From the IMG/VR virus record IMGVR_UViG_3300030330_001767: 64,000 bases of DNA, one strand, 5' to 3'. The notes beneath the pieces are model-generated. The model saw only the letters and a list, made by a program, of their open reading frames with translations. It had not been told where the DNA came from and made no database searches. Positions 47,901 to 58,500 of this stretch are shown piece by piece. The stretch is from an uncultured virus (IMG/VR IMGVR_UViG_3300030330_001767). Taxonomy: Duplodnaviria > Heunggongvirae > Uroviricota > Caudoviricetes. The translations under genes and the position numbers were made by a program. How positions within the stretch are numbered: the stretch's first letter is position 1; each line of letters begins with the position of its first letter.

Positions 47901-49155
47901 ATTAACATATGATGGTAAACTCAGTGGTAGTGGTGTGGTTTCTTTTGGTGAGATTTTCAATATAACGTTAAGTAGAAAGGCAAAGTTAACTAGTTTAGAT
48001 AGATGTTACATAGGAACTAGTTTTGAGATTGGTTCTAATGTAAACACTGAACTGAATAACATAGTCAAGGATGCAGGTTTAGAATATGACTTCACGAAAA
48101 GTAATGCAACATTCACTAGTAACATTGTGAACTCTAATGGGACAAACACAGTAGTTTGCATGGAAAACGTTGTTGGTCTTTCTGCGGGTGATGTTATTTA
48201 TACAGAAGAAGGACACGTAATAGGAGAGATACTTTCTATTAATAACCAAACCATAACCTTTGCATCGGGAGAAAAATTCTATTCTCCTCCTCAATATTCC
48301 AATATAATAAAAATGAATGAGAAAACTTTTGTTACTAATCTAAAATTCGATAATACTAATGTGTATACTGCAATAAACTCATTAGTTCAGGCTAAAGGAA
48401 TGGACTACAAAATCCACAATGGTAATGTAATATTTAGAAACTTTGAGGATACATCAAGTCTAAGAAGAAAGGAAGTTAGATTTGAACATCTAATAGGCAG
48501 AGAACCAATAAGTAACAACGTTGCTTTGTTTGATAAAGCGAGTAAAGTAATTGTCAACGGAAATAAAGTAAAAGGACAAGATGAAGACCCTACAATAAAT
48601 GTTGAAAAAGTTGTTACTATTAATGACTCTACAATTGTAACAAAAGAAGATGCAGACTTGAAAGCAATGAAAGTTTTACAGATACACAACGGAGACTCAA
48701 GAAAAATAACATTAGAGATAAAGAAAGATGGGTTTGAGTTATTTGAAGCAGGGGATATACTACACTTAGATTTTCCAAATTATAAAATACCAAAGGGAGA
48801 TTACATAATATTTGAAATTGAAAACGTATTAGGGCCAACTATGAAACTCACTGTCGGTTCATACAGTAAGGGAATTGCTGAGATACTAAGTGGAATATCC
48901 CAAGCATCTGAAAGCAACGTGACTTCTCTATTGAGAGAAAATGGAGAAGATGAATCAGAAAGAAGACTAACATTTTTTGAGGATTTGAATATTACTTTAT
49001 TAGATATTGAATACATACACAGAGGAGCATTACCTAATGCAAATATTGGGTTTGATGATACAGTAGGATTTGGAGAAACAGTTGGGTTTGATGTTGATAC
49101 TGGCCCATCTGAGTTTGGGATACTAAAACACTACAAAGATAGATTTTATGATTGA
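41929..49155 (+). CDS. Giant tail-tip/host-specificity protein (2408 aa)
   Basis: Position; C-terminal hub-like region (ITLE...FEAGDIL...YIIFEIE). Confidence 0.7.
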   Translation: MVSEVGTTSTSIGRMFYPINVGKKDTDITSNYESRTTEFTQGDAFSNVSVNPQFKTTNLEYENSTTSTSWVNSANFIEIRNTSHVTGISNDNASGIVNRVYPTGTGLDTYAKNRDETNSFKVKVFDAQSNYTDNNKKLRYATSDTTQTIGLDIDNYDYFILINPDLTTAGTNRIRPHFAKITRITAFDEFGDGVEFEPSYPTSIAANSNFEIYKGPSKTDTSVVAVSYGLRGDTDANTSKYDVSQRATRPTFYFYNDRLDEKDQLDYQEKYTATSERWWDYSTEINVSAISAHTQYSSTTPTLGFLLAPTGDRAKLVEGQSIFDENDVFIGNVKAKHTSTNGAFSIDFARVAVSSFTATQSEIATVGTASQSGTPDNCTSGNYNPTGGSGSGAVLNITLASIGIGNLQSVQSITVVDGGSGYTTSDNLSVTLSGGNGVTLTIPVASVTYDYKSYKIGKTIQNTVFKTKAKYSNKVYSLGNSPISATIVDSNKTADESDNNFDPIRWNTAFPKMKRHSLDLLSDTAVTSDGRLTGPNRYITFEKADFKNNKVEPITSSSLNSPKNKLSQLARIQTSDNSGLNHLKIKEGDILKVRRNLHNGSFTKKNYFGLATSNNQTITMSELNSKLDLKHILSTDDIVEIDGNYLVVNVVGSKTSDTEQSFTVKDYKLIKSKTWTGNSSGFTIIRKPMKLTPYTGVLNVDFESDAEVKIDANGNFQTLTMDGVGVAKSDSKIHKAKFTPLLYNSHVIEIDYADRYNKYAKIIDADKTFYQKPTASASRMYYYQGKYSISEDVFNGEVDSIDVNTSDGFTTFKFQGRDDTSKFLGATIDKTLTQHSDIVKTTLAPIITNHSTITGISNVAVTTSGTNANKQITYSGTPNVTLKPFTLLLNSSGELIGEVSSATSGSIILSHRIINSPIGNTIRYFDPYSSTQHNQISGTKAMQSNIAHTGAISDFTSISEKGLAFKRGLDIDYDSSFTYTPLQLSSNVGSKVGDVLGYDISSPKSISTGDAIFAFSIGNENGVTLDKNDIMSVNSEMFDIVKEIKQDDSTTVLEIAPNFPMVLGRFDSNTSDTRDKNTSIYLVNSNIETGGFLHRIPDTLEIGGQIEPKETVRYWDLQALNPNALVRTYDSIYNVGKKPQSIQGYAIGYGVKATGDTKSITDTPTNKPKNGSNNLLGWNGLSSFYHASAPLPKSYPLDTKYWDEPGNDPYEVDIEYSKLEQIDPRTLNYELLMTGDIFPSSKLRHNSIFKHNVGFDNYGVLLETSPQKTGVVKHQHYDGATSETLKRNVNFELVNIKESTPNATDATNIRRWGVIRLVEATFDWHFNPIDFDSLSHVKDIPSVSYFDYHMIKPVATPNYTHSQLDDNDVKGDMFYKSPVLSSATRPSTEEHPDGDFILNSGEYGGLMAVSALEGFSQNGLTASVGEVLEFSADAAYTNYPIFGIETFRLFSAPNYSLDEVSTRLDGEDGSVDTFFVDKQEGLRDIRFHTNWLIRPPVSIDQFSHQNLKYTVGNSTQTYNPMNIILPLMAEIKDPTDKDYIRDMRYSPFHQIDGWNDDNINYLTQDSGIVRLHMSRVISAMVGESFDEGPTNTPVDKEMMGIGKSHVYDNCIGVFKDWIPASENTRGVEEITLSSSPLQLETQAKWSGYADDVTTTYDQHTQTARYWSFTNSVSHRYNLNNGQVTILPTRKVALLGTKTKEYPLKLLAGNRANLTNNNLRATNHAGAGITGAALNTGLMYATQMIVKPRFNLTLRNATGFSDAVTKSADSKTFTFTLGDNNSGTAHTWLSFMPDLTGYYLVSEKLKDGKSLSSANHHGIPKFITKILDHQITAPVISGGSAAWEKHVLTFDTAIDTANGNYYRLMKISERTFDDTPDKIEFNVLHDSGLKYDTTTNSFIRGVASTESSNTENQYYNEAVYSMYLKLDVDNAITANNPYLEARTTVKAVEGFTDEEVISAFVSDGNKKKRLDFTVSLARKKGTSKSKTEQCLVLTYDGKLSGSGVVSFGEIFNITLSRKAKLTSLDRCYIGTSFEIGSNVNTELNNIVKDAGLEYDFTKSNATFTSNIVNSNGTNTVVCMENVVGLSAGDVIYTEEGHVIGEILSINNQTITFASGEKFYSPPQYSNIIKMNEKTFVTNLKFDNTNVYTAINSLVQAKGMDYKIHNGNVIFRNFEDTSSLRRKEVRFEHLIGREPISNNVALFDKASKVIVNGNKVKGQDEDPTINVEKVVTINDSTIVTKEDADLKAMKVLQIHNGDSRKITLEIKKDGFELFEAGDILHLDFPNYKIPKGDYIIFEIENVLGPTMKLTVGSYSKGIAEILSGISQASESNVTSLLRENGEDESERRLTFFEDLNITLLDIEYIHRGALPNANIGFDDTVGFGETVGFDVDTGPSEFGILKHYKDRFYD

Positions 49156-49158
49156 GGG

Positions 49159-49503
49159 ATGAATATGATAACAGATGCCGGAATTGATGATATAGGAAAG
49201 ACGTTTATTGCTGCAAACTACACTAAAATAAAAGTGGGTAGTGGAGGTGATGCTCCTTCTTCTGCTGATATTGAGTTAGATGCCTTTGTCGCTGAGAAGA
49301 CTGTTACTCCAAGTGTTATAGGAAATATACTAACTTGGGACATATCATTTACAGGAACAGAACTTGGTAGTGAAGGTATATCTGAATTAGGTATTTTCAA
49401 CACATCAGGAGATAAAATGTTAAGTCGAGTCACGTTCAGCAATACAGGAGTGTTAGCCTCAACAGACACGTTGACGTTTACAATTAGAATGGAGGTGAGA
49501 TAA
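49159..49503 (+). CDS. Tail fibre collar/attachment protein
   Basis: IKVGSG..AP..ADIEL...ISELGIF..GDKMLSRVTF. Confidence 0.65.
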   Translation: MNMITDAGIDDIGKTFIAANYTKIKVGSGGDAPSSADIELDAFVAEKTVTPSVIGNILTWDISFTGTELGSEGISELGIFNTSGDKMLSRVTFSNTGVLASTDTLTFTIRMEVR

Positions 49504-52500
49504 TTTCTGCAAGAACTAACCCTGATTTTATCAGCACACTTGATAGTTCGGGAACATTAGGTAGGATACGTGATGATGTTGATAGTCTTCATAGTGGTCT
49601 GATTAATTCTTTGAATATCGCTACTGGCGGTAGTAGAATAGTAGAAGGATTCGACATCACCTTATCTGATGGTGGAGACTATACAAAATACACATTAGGA
49701 GGGACTAACAAGTTTCTAAGAGAAGGAATATTGTTAGAAGTAGAAGACACTACTACAACAGGAGATGGTAATGGTGATACTCCTTCCGGTGGTGAGTCAT
49801 CCTCTGCAACTCCCGCAGTATTTCAAACAAGAACATCAACAACCAATGGAAACTGGTATGCTTTGCTTGTTGTTTGTGATGGTTCTCAATCTAATGAAAC
49901 AATAAACACTCTAAAACTAAGAGAGGACAGACAGAACGACAAGATATCTGCTTTGAAGTCAGGTGATATTCCTGTTGCCATCATACAAATAGCGGCGAAC
50001 AGTGCCGCCGATGCAACAAATAGAAAAGTGCAGTTTTTAGGGTTTGGACAACCAAATCAAGGTCTTAGTATAATAGATAACAATACTGAAACTATACGAA
50101 TAAATAAAGATGGGACTATTACAAAGGGTTCAGGAACATTGACTTTACCTTCTACAACAGGTACTCTTGCTCTACTATCAGACATAGAATATACTTCTGC
50201 AATACCAAATGCAACTGCATCTCAAACAGGTTTGGCTACATCAACTCAGATAACTAAGTTAGATGGGATTGCCGCTAATGCAAACAATTACTCTCTTCCC
50301 GCCGCTACTGCTAATGCTCTTGGTGGAGTAAAAGTAGGAACTAATCTCAGTATAGATGGTAGTGGAGTTCTTTCTGCTACTGATACGAATACTCAACTTA
50401 CAACTGAACAAGTTCAAGATATTGTTGGGGATATGTTAGTTACTAATGCTAGTCATACTAACATATCTGCTTCTTATGATGATAACAATGATGGGGCTAT
50501 TGATTTATCTTTATCTGCTACTGATGTTGATGTAAGTGTTAGTAATTTGATATCAAGGTTATCACAAGTCAATTCTCCTGTATCCATAGGAACTGGTGTA
50601 GGGGTAACAATGGGAGGTAATCTCACTGTTAGCGGTAATTTAGTTGTAAGTGGTTCTACTACAACTCTTGATGTAGCAAACTTAGCAATAGAAGATAATA
50701 CCATTCTATTGAATAAGAACCAAACAGGTAACTCAACTACTGATGCAGGTATAGAAGTAGAAAGAGGAAACTACACAAATGTTCAGATTAAGTGGAATGA
50801 AACAACTAACAGATGGACTTTCACTAATGATGGTAATAATTACTTCAACATACCAATAACATCAGAACTTGCAAACCCATACACACACCCAACATACTCT
50901 ACGACTAACATTGATACAACTGGTGCAGAAATAGTAGATAGCATAACCACTAACTCTACTGGTCATATTACTGCAATGGCTAAGAGAACTCTAACTCTTG
51001 CTGACTTAGGATATACAGGAGATACCAATGCTAACGAATATGTTCATCCTAACCATTCAGGGGATGTAACATCCAGTGCAGATGGTGCAACCACAATATC
51101 TGCTAACGCAGTTACAACTGCTAAGATATCGGATAGTGCAGTTACAGGTACTAAAATAGCAGATAATGCAATTACAGACGTTAAGGTAGATTCTAACGCC
51201 GCAATTGCACAAAGCAAGATTAGCGGTTTAGTTTCATCTCTTGCCGGAAAAGAACCTGCTCTTACTATTAGTGATGGGCTTGACAGAACAAATGCTACAC
51301 TAAAATTAGACATAACAGGATTAACCAATGAAAATGCAATAGACAGAACTGCCGACTTTATCGCTTTCCATGATAATTCCGTTGGTCTGAGAAAAGTGAA
51401 TCTTGCAAATGTATTCTCAAAACTGACTGCAAGTGACATTCCTGATTTGAGTGCTTCATATCGAGCAGTTGGAACTCAGATAGTAAACGCTGATGTTAGT
51501 AATACTGCGGCGATAAGTGCCGATAAGATTGCGGCGGGAACAACTAACAAACTATTCACAAGTACATTAGAAGCAAAACTAGCAGGTATTGCAACAGGTG
51601 CAGAAGTTAACGTTCAAGCAGATTGGAGTGAATCTAGTAATAGTTCTGATGCGTATATTCAGAATAAACCAACAATACCTAGTGGTAATCAGATTATTGA
51701 TTGGACTGCAAATGGAGCGGGAACTATTCATGCTTCAAACTATACTAACACAACATATTCTGTTGGTGACGGTGGACTAACACAAAAGAACTTCACAACT
51801 GCTTTACATGATAAGTTAGTTGGAATTGCAGCAAACGCAAACAACTTTTCTCTCACAAATGGTTCTGTAACTAATGCTCATCTTGCAGGTAGTATTGCTA
51901 ATTCAAAACTAGATGATATAGCACAAAGCAAGGTAACTGGATTAGTTACTGCTCTAAACTCTAAGGTTGAGAATCTTGGTGATTTGAGTATAACTGCATC
52001 TGCTTCTGAACTTAACATATTAGATGGTGTAACAAACGTAAGTGCTACTGAGATAGGATACTTGGATGGAGTTACATCATCAATACAAACTCAATTGAAT
52101 GCTAAACTCTCTTCATTGGCGGTTACAGGACTAAGTGATATTTCTACCTTTGACACTAGTATAGACAGTGGAGCGTCAAACAGTGGATTAGCAAGCACTC
52201 TTGCAATTAAGAACTATGTAGACGGTAAAGCCACTGTTGATACTACTTACTCACTAACAACCGCAGATGGAACAGATACCAATGGGGATGATGACCCCAC
52301 ATTCAAGACAATCAATCTCGCTGATAACACAAGTGGTTCTGGTAGTGTAGTTCACTTAGCGGTAGGAGCAGGTCTTGGTATCTCAAGAAATGCTGCCAAC
52401 AATACACTAACATTAACCAACACTGGTAGTTCCTTAACAAAAGCAACGCTAACACCTATTCTTGCTTCTTACAATGGAACAGATACATTGAACATAGGAG

Positions 52501-55500
52501 ATACAGATAACGATACTACTGTAAATATTCGTGGTAATCTAAATGTCTTGGGAACTACAACTACTGTAAACCAAACTGAGGTTAATGTTCAGAACGCCTT
52601 TGTCTTTGAAGGTGCTAGTGCTAATGACTATGAAACCACTTTGACAATTACAGACCCTACTGCTGATAGAACAATTACTCTACCAAACATAAGTGGAACA
52701 TTAATCACTTCGGGAGATACATCTACTGTTACTAATAACATGATAGCAAGCACTGCTATTACTAGTGCTAAACTTGCAAGTAACTCTGTATTGACAAGTA
52801 AGATAGCATCTAATGCAGTAAGCACTGCAAAGATTGCCAATGGTGCAGTGACATCTGACAAGTTAGCAGGGTCTTCTGTAACTACTGCTAAACTTGATGA
52901 TGGCTCAGTTACCGTAGATAAGGTAGATGGGGTAACTTCTTTTGGTAGTGGAAGCATTATCAGTTCTGCTGAGAGAACAAAATTAACTGGAATAGAAACT
53001 TCTGCTGATGTTACTGATGCAACTAATGTTGCTGCCGCCGGAGCAGTGATGGATTCAGATTTCAGTTCTAATGGATTAATGAAAAGAACGGGAGCAGGTA
53101 GTTATACTGTTGATACTAGCACATATCTAACTTCTTTAGCAGTTACAGGACTCTCAGATATCAATGCGTTTGATACTGATTTGAGTAGCGTTAGTGCATC
53201 CCATGACAGTTTGGCTTCTGCTAAAGCAATAAAGGCATACGTTGATGCTAATGGTGGAGGGGGTGGAGGCTCTTTCAATTCGTTCTATCTACTTGATGGA
53301 ACAGGAACAAGCGTAAATGTCACTGATGGAAAGTATGTTCAATTTACACAAGGAACAGGTATAACCGCTACATGGACTGATACTAACAGTGGTGCATCAA
53401 GTGACCCATTCGATATTACACTGACAAATACAGGTGTAACATCTAATGTTGCGGGAACAGGAATAGGTGTAAGCAGTGCTACTGGTGCAGTGACAATAAC
53501 AAATACTGATTTGGGTTCTTCACAGAACATATTCAAGACAGTAGCAGTTAGTGGTCAATCTAACATTGTTGCAGATTCCAACAGTGATACTCTAAATTTC
53601 GTTGGCGGTACAAATGTAACAATAGCAACTGATGCTTCTACTGATACAATCACAATCAACGCCTCTGACACGAACACTCAGATTAGTCAAGAGCAGGTTG
53701 AGGATTATATTGCAGGTCTGCTTACAGCAGGTAGTAACATAACTCTGAACTATTCTGATAACAATGCTTCGGCAGGTACTCTTACAATAGCCGGAACTGC
53801 TAACGATGATGTATCCGTTACAAATCTAAAATCTGCTCTTAATTCAGATTTCGGTGGAGATTTCACCATTGGTAATCAGTCTGATGATACTCTAACAATT
53901 AGTGGTTCACTTACTGTTGGGGCTGATTTGATTGTCAGTGGAGATACTGTAACTGTAAACACTTCAACCCTAACAGTAGAAGACCCGTTGATTTCTCTTG
54001 GAAAGAACAACTCTGCTGATTCTGTTGACTTAGGATTCTATGGAAGATACAATGATGGAAGCAATATTAGATACAGTGGTTTGTTCAGAGATGCGTCTGA
54101 TAACGACAAGTGGAAGTTATTCTCATCAACAGGCAACTCAAACGCAGAACCTACAAGCACAGTAAATACAACAAGCGGTTTCTCGTTAGGAACATTGGTT
54201 GCTTCTACCTTTGAAGGTGGTTTAGTTGGTAATGCCACTACTGCAACCACATTGGCTACTGCACGAACAATAGCAGGTGTATCTTTCGATGGTTCAGCAG
54301 ACATAGCACTGCCTTTGAACAACCTAACAGGAACACTTGCAGTTTCAAGAGGAGGAACAGGATTAACTTCTATTGCTTCGCTATTGAACAGTAACGTGTC
54401 ATTAGCAGTTGCAGACTTATCTGATATTGCTTCTCTTGATACAGATATTACTAGTGTTAGTTCCAATGATGATACTCTTGCTTCTGCTAAGGCTATCAAA
54501 ACCTATGTAGATGCTCAATTTGCAGGTGCAGGTTCAGGAGATATGACTGGTGTTGATATCACCGCAGGTGATGGTATCAGCGTAACTCAGAACAATGTAT
54601 CGAGCGGTAATTACACTGCAACTATTTCTGCATCAGGAATAACCACTGCACAATTAGCAAATACGGCTCTACAAACAAGTTCAGAATCTTTCAATGACAA
54701 CGATACAAGTTTAATGACTTCCGCCGCAATTGAAGATAAGATTCTATCATACGGATATGGAACAGGTAGCGGTAATGGAGACATAACCAGTGTAGTTGCC
54801 GGAACAGGTTTGAGTGGAGGAGCAACTTCGGGAGATGCAACACTGAATTTAGACTTCTCTGAACTAACTGACATGACTGGTGATATTGCCGGAACTACTG
54901 AGTTTATTCTACAAGATGGTACTACTGAATCAAGAAAGGCTGCATCTGAGATAAAACTGTCTTACTTCAATAATGATGCTAATTGGAATAACTACGTTCA
55001 TCCAACAGGAGCAGGTTATAATCACATCCCAAGCGGAGGAAGTGCAGGTCAATTTTTGAAATACAGTTCTAATGGGACTGCTACTTGGGCTACTCCAAGT
55101 TACACTACGGAAGAACAAGTAGAGGACTTTATCGCCGCAATGATTACTGCGGGTAGTAATATTGCATTGAACTATGATGATACGGCAGGGACATTAACCA
55201 TAGATGCAACAGACACAAACACTTTCAGAACAGTTAGACTGACTGACGGAAACATACTAGGAGGAACAGAAGTTCTATCTTTCACTGCGGGTAGCAATAT
55301 ATCTCTAAGCGAAAGCGGTGGAGAAATAACAATCGCAACTACTGCTAATAACTATTCAATCTCATCTGATTTGTTAGATGAAGATAACATGGCTTCTAAC
55401 TCAGCAACTAAGGTAGCCAGTCAACAGTCAATCAAGGCTTATGTTGATTCACAAGTATCGGGATTAGTTGATTCTGCTCCTACTGCATTAGATACATTAA

Positions 55501-58500
55501 ATGAATTAGCGGCGGCATTAGGAGATGATGCAAGTTTCTCGACTACAATGACTACTGCTCTTGGCAACAGACTAAGAGTTGATACAAACAGTCAGGGATT
55601 AACTTCCACCCAACAAGGATACGCATTAGACAACTTAGGAATAACTGCATCATTAGCAGAGATAAACATACTAGCCAGTGGTCTATCTGCTTCTGATATA
55701 CCAAACCTCAATGCTAGTAAAATAAACGATGGAGTATTCGATGCTGCTAGAATACCAACACTAAACCAAAATACAACAGGAAGTGCAGGTAGTCTGTCTG
55801 CAACACTAGCAATAGCAAGTGGAGGAACAGGAGCAACTAGTGCATCCGGTGCGAGAACTGCTTTAGGATTAGGGGCGGCGGCAGTAAAGGCAGTTGCAAC
55901 TGATGGTTCAAGTGGAGTTGCTGATGGAGAAGCGGGTCTAGTTACTGGTAATGCAGTTTATGATTACATTGCCGCACAAGGATTTGGTACATCATCAGGA
56001 GACATTACTGGTGTAGACATAACAGGTGGAACAGGAATATCGGTATCTCAAAATAACACAGAATCAGGTGATTATACGGCAACTGTTAGTTCGGCAACCG
56101 GAGTAAATACTGGAAAATATGGTAGTTCTTCTAACCCGATAACATTTGCAGTAACAGTTTCAAGTAAAAGTACCTCTCACCCTTACTATGGTGATGGTAG
56201 TAGTTTAGGTTATTACTTGGATGGTGTAGAAGCCCCTGCTCTATCTCTTAACGGAGTAGATGCTGTAACTTCTTCATCAGGATATTATTATAGATTTGAC
56301 CAATCAGATAGTTCAAACTCAGGACACCCATTGAGATTTTACTTAGATGCTAATAAAACCACTGCATATACCACAAATGTAACAACTAACGGTTCTGCGG
56401 GAAGTTCAGGAGCATATACTCAAATCGCCGTAACAGAAGATACGCCAAGTATATTGTATTACCAATGTACTGCACATGGGTACATGGGTGGTCATGTAGT
56501 AATACTAGGCTCAAACAACGTCAATCATAACAAAGCCCTAATCTCTTTCCCTACAAGCACTGGAACATTGGCTCTATCAGGAGCAAGCGTGAATTACTCA
56601 CAACTCACCGGAACAGTACCTACATGGAATCAGAATACAAGTGGAAGTGCGGGAAGCCTATCTTCTACTTTAGCAGTATCAAGTGGTGGTACTGGACAAA
56701 CAAGTTACACCAATGGACAACTGCTCATAGGAAACACAACTGGTAATACATTATCAAAAGCAACATTGACTGCCGGAAACAACATAACAATCACTAATGG
56801 TGCGGGTTCAATATCTATTGCGGGAACGGCTAATGACGATGTTTCTGTTGCTAATCTAAAATCTGCACTCAACAGTGATTTTGGCGGAGATATAGTATTT
56901 GGAACACAAACAGATGATTTAGTTACTATTGGTGGGGGTCTAACTGTAACAGGAGATTTAATTGTTAGTGGAACTACAACTACAATTAACACTGCTACTG
57001 TTGAAGTCGAAGATAACATTCTACAATTGAATACTACTCAAGGTTCTCCTGACACTGCTACTGCTGCTACAAGTGGCATAAGCGTTTATCGTGGTAATGG
57101 TGTAACTCAGGCATCTTTCATCTTTGATGATGCTGATGATACTTGGGATTTGACAAATGCTCTTACTGTTGCAGGTTCAAATGGAATAACCCTTGATTCA
57201 GGCTCTATCAAAATTAAAAACAGTGGAACACAATCTTACATTGATTTCTATTGTGAAGTATCAAACGCACATTATTTGAGATTACAAGCACCTGCTCATT
57301 CGTCATTTAGCGGCAATCCTACTGTTACTTTACCCGCTACGGCAGGGACATTAGCACTAACAAGTAGCAATATCACAGGTAATGCTGACACTGCTACTAA
57401 CCTTGCCGGAACTGCAAATGCTAATGTTGTGTATGCAGGGCCAACAACAGGTAGTGCCTCCGCACCTGCATTTAGAGCATTAGTAGCGGCAGATATTCCT
57501 GACTTATCAGGAACATACTCTACTACTGATACAGTAGATATGGGTGATGGTTTTACTGTTACTGCTACAACTGCGGGAACTAACTCAACAATAACAGAAG
57601 GAGATACACTAACAATAGCGGCGGGAACAGGAATATCTACAACTGCTACATCTGATGGAACAATAACCATAGCAAACACATTAACATCTAATGCTACACA
57701 TACAGGAGATGTAACAGGTGCAACAGCATTAACAATTGCTAACGATGCAGTAACTTATGCAAAGATGCAAAATGTTTCTGCTACAAATAGAGTATTAGGT
57801 AGGATAACTAGTGGTGCAGGTAATGTTGAAGAATTAACAGGAGCAAATATTAGAACAATAATAAATGTTGAAGACGGTGCTGATGTTACTGACACTGCAA
57901 ATGTAAAGACTGCTCTTGGTGCAGCCATGCCGGATAATGCTCTGACTATTGGAGATGGAAGTACCGCAGTTTCAATTCCGGGTAATTTAACTGTAACTGG
58001 TACTGTTACTACTAACAATGTAGAAACTGTAAGTACAAGTAATGGTATTGTCTTTGAAGGTTCTACTGCTGATGATAGTGAGACAACATTAGTAGGTGGT
58101 AATCCGAGTGGGTCTAGTAATGATATTACAATTACATTACCTAATACAGCAGGTACTTTAGCATTATCAGGAGCATCAGTAAACTACAATCAATTAACAG
58201 GAACAGTTCCTACATGGAATCAAAACACTACTGGAACGGCGGCAGGTCTTTCCTCGACATTAGCAATTAGTAGTGGTGGAACTGGTGCTACTTCTGCTCC
58301 TATGATTGGTGTAATTACTGCCGCAAATGCAGGTGCGGCAAGAAGTGAATTAGGATTAGGAACACTGGCTACTCTTAGTTCAGTTGCCGCAGGGCAGATT
58401 GACGCAAATTCAGTTGATAGTTCAGAATTGAAGAATGGTGCAGTTCAAGAATCACATCTTGATGTTACTAACGCCGCAGGTAGTGGAACTGATAATTACT

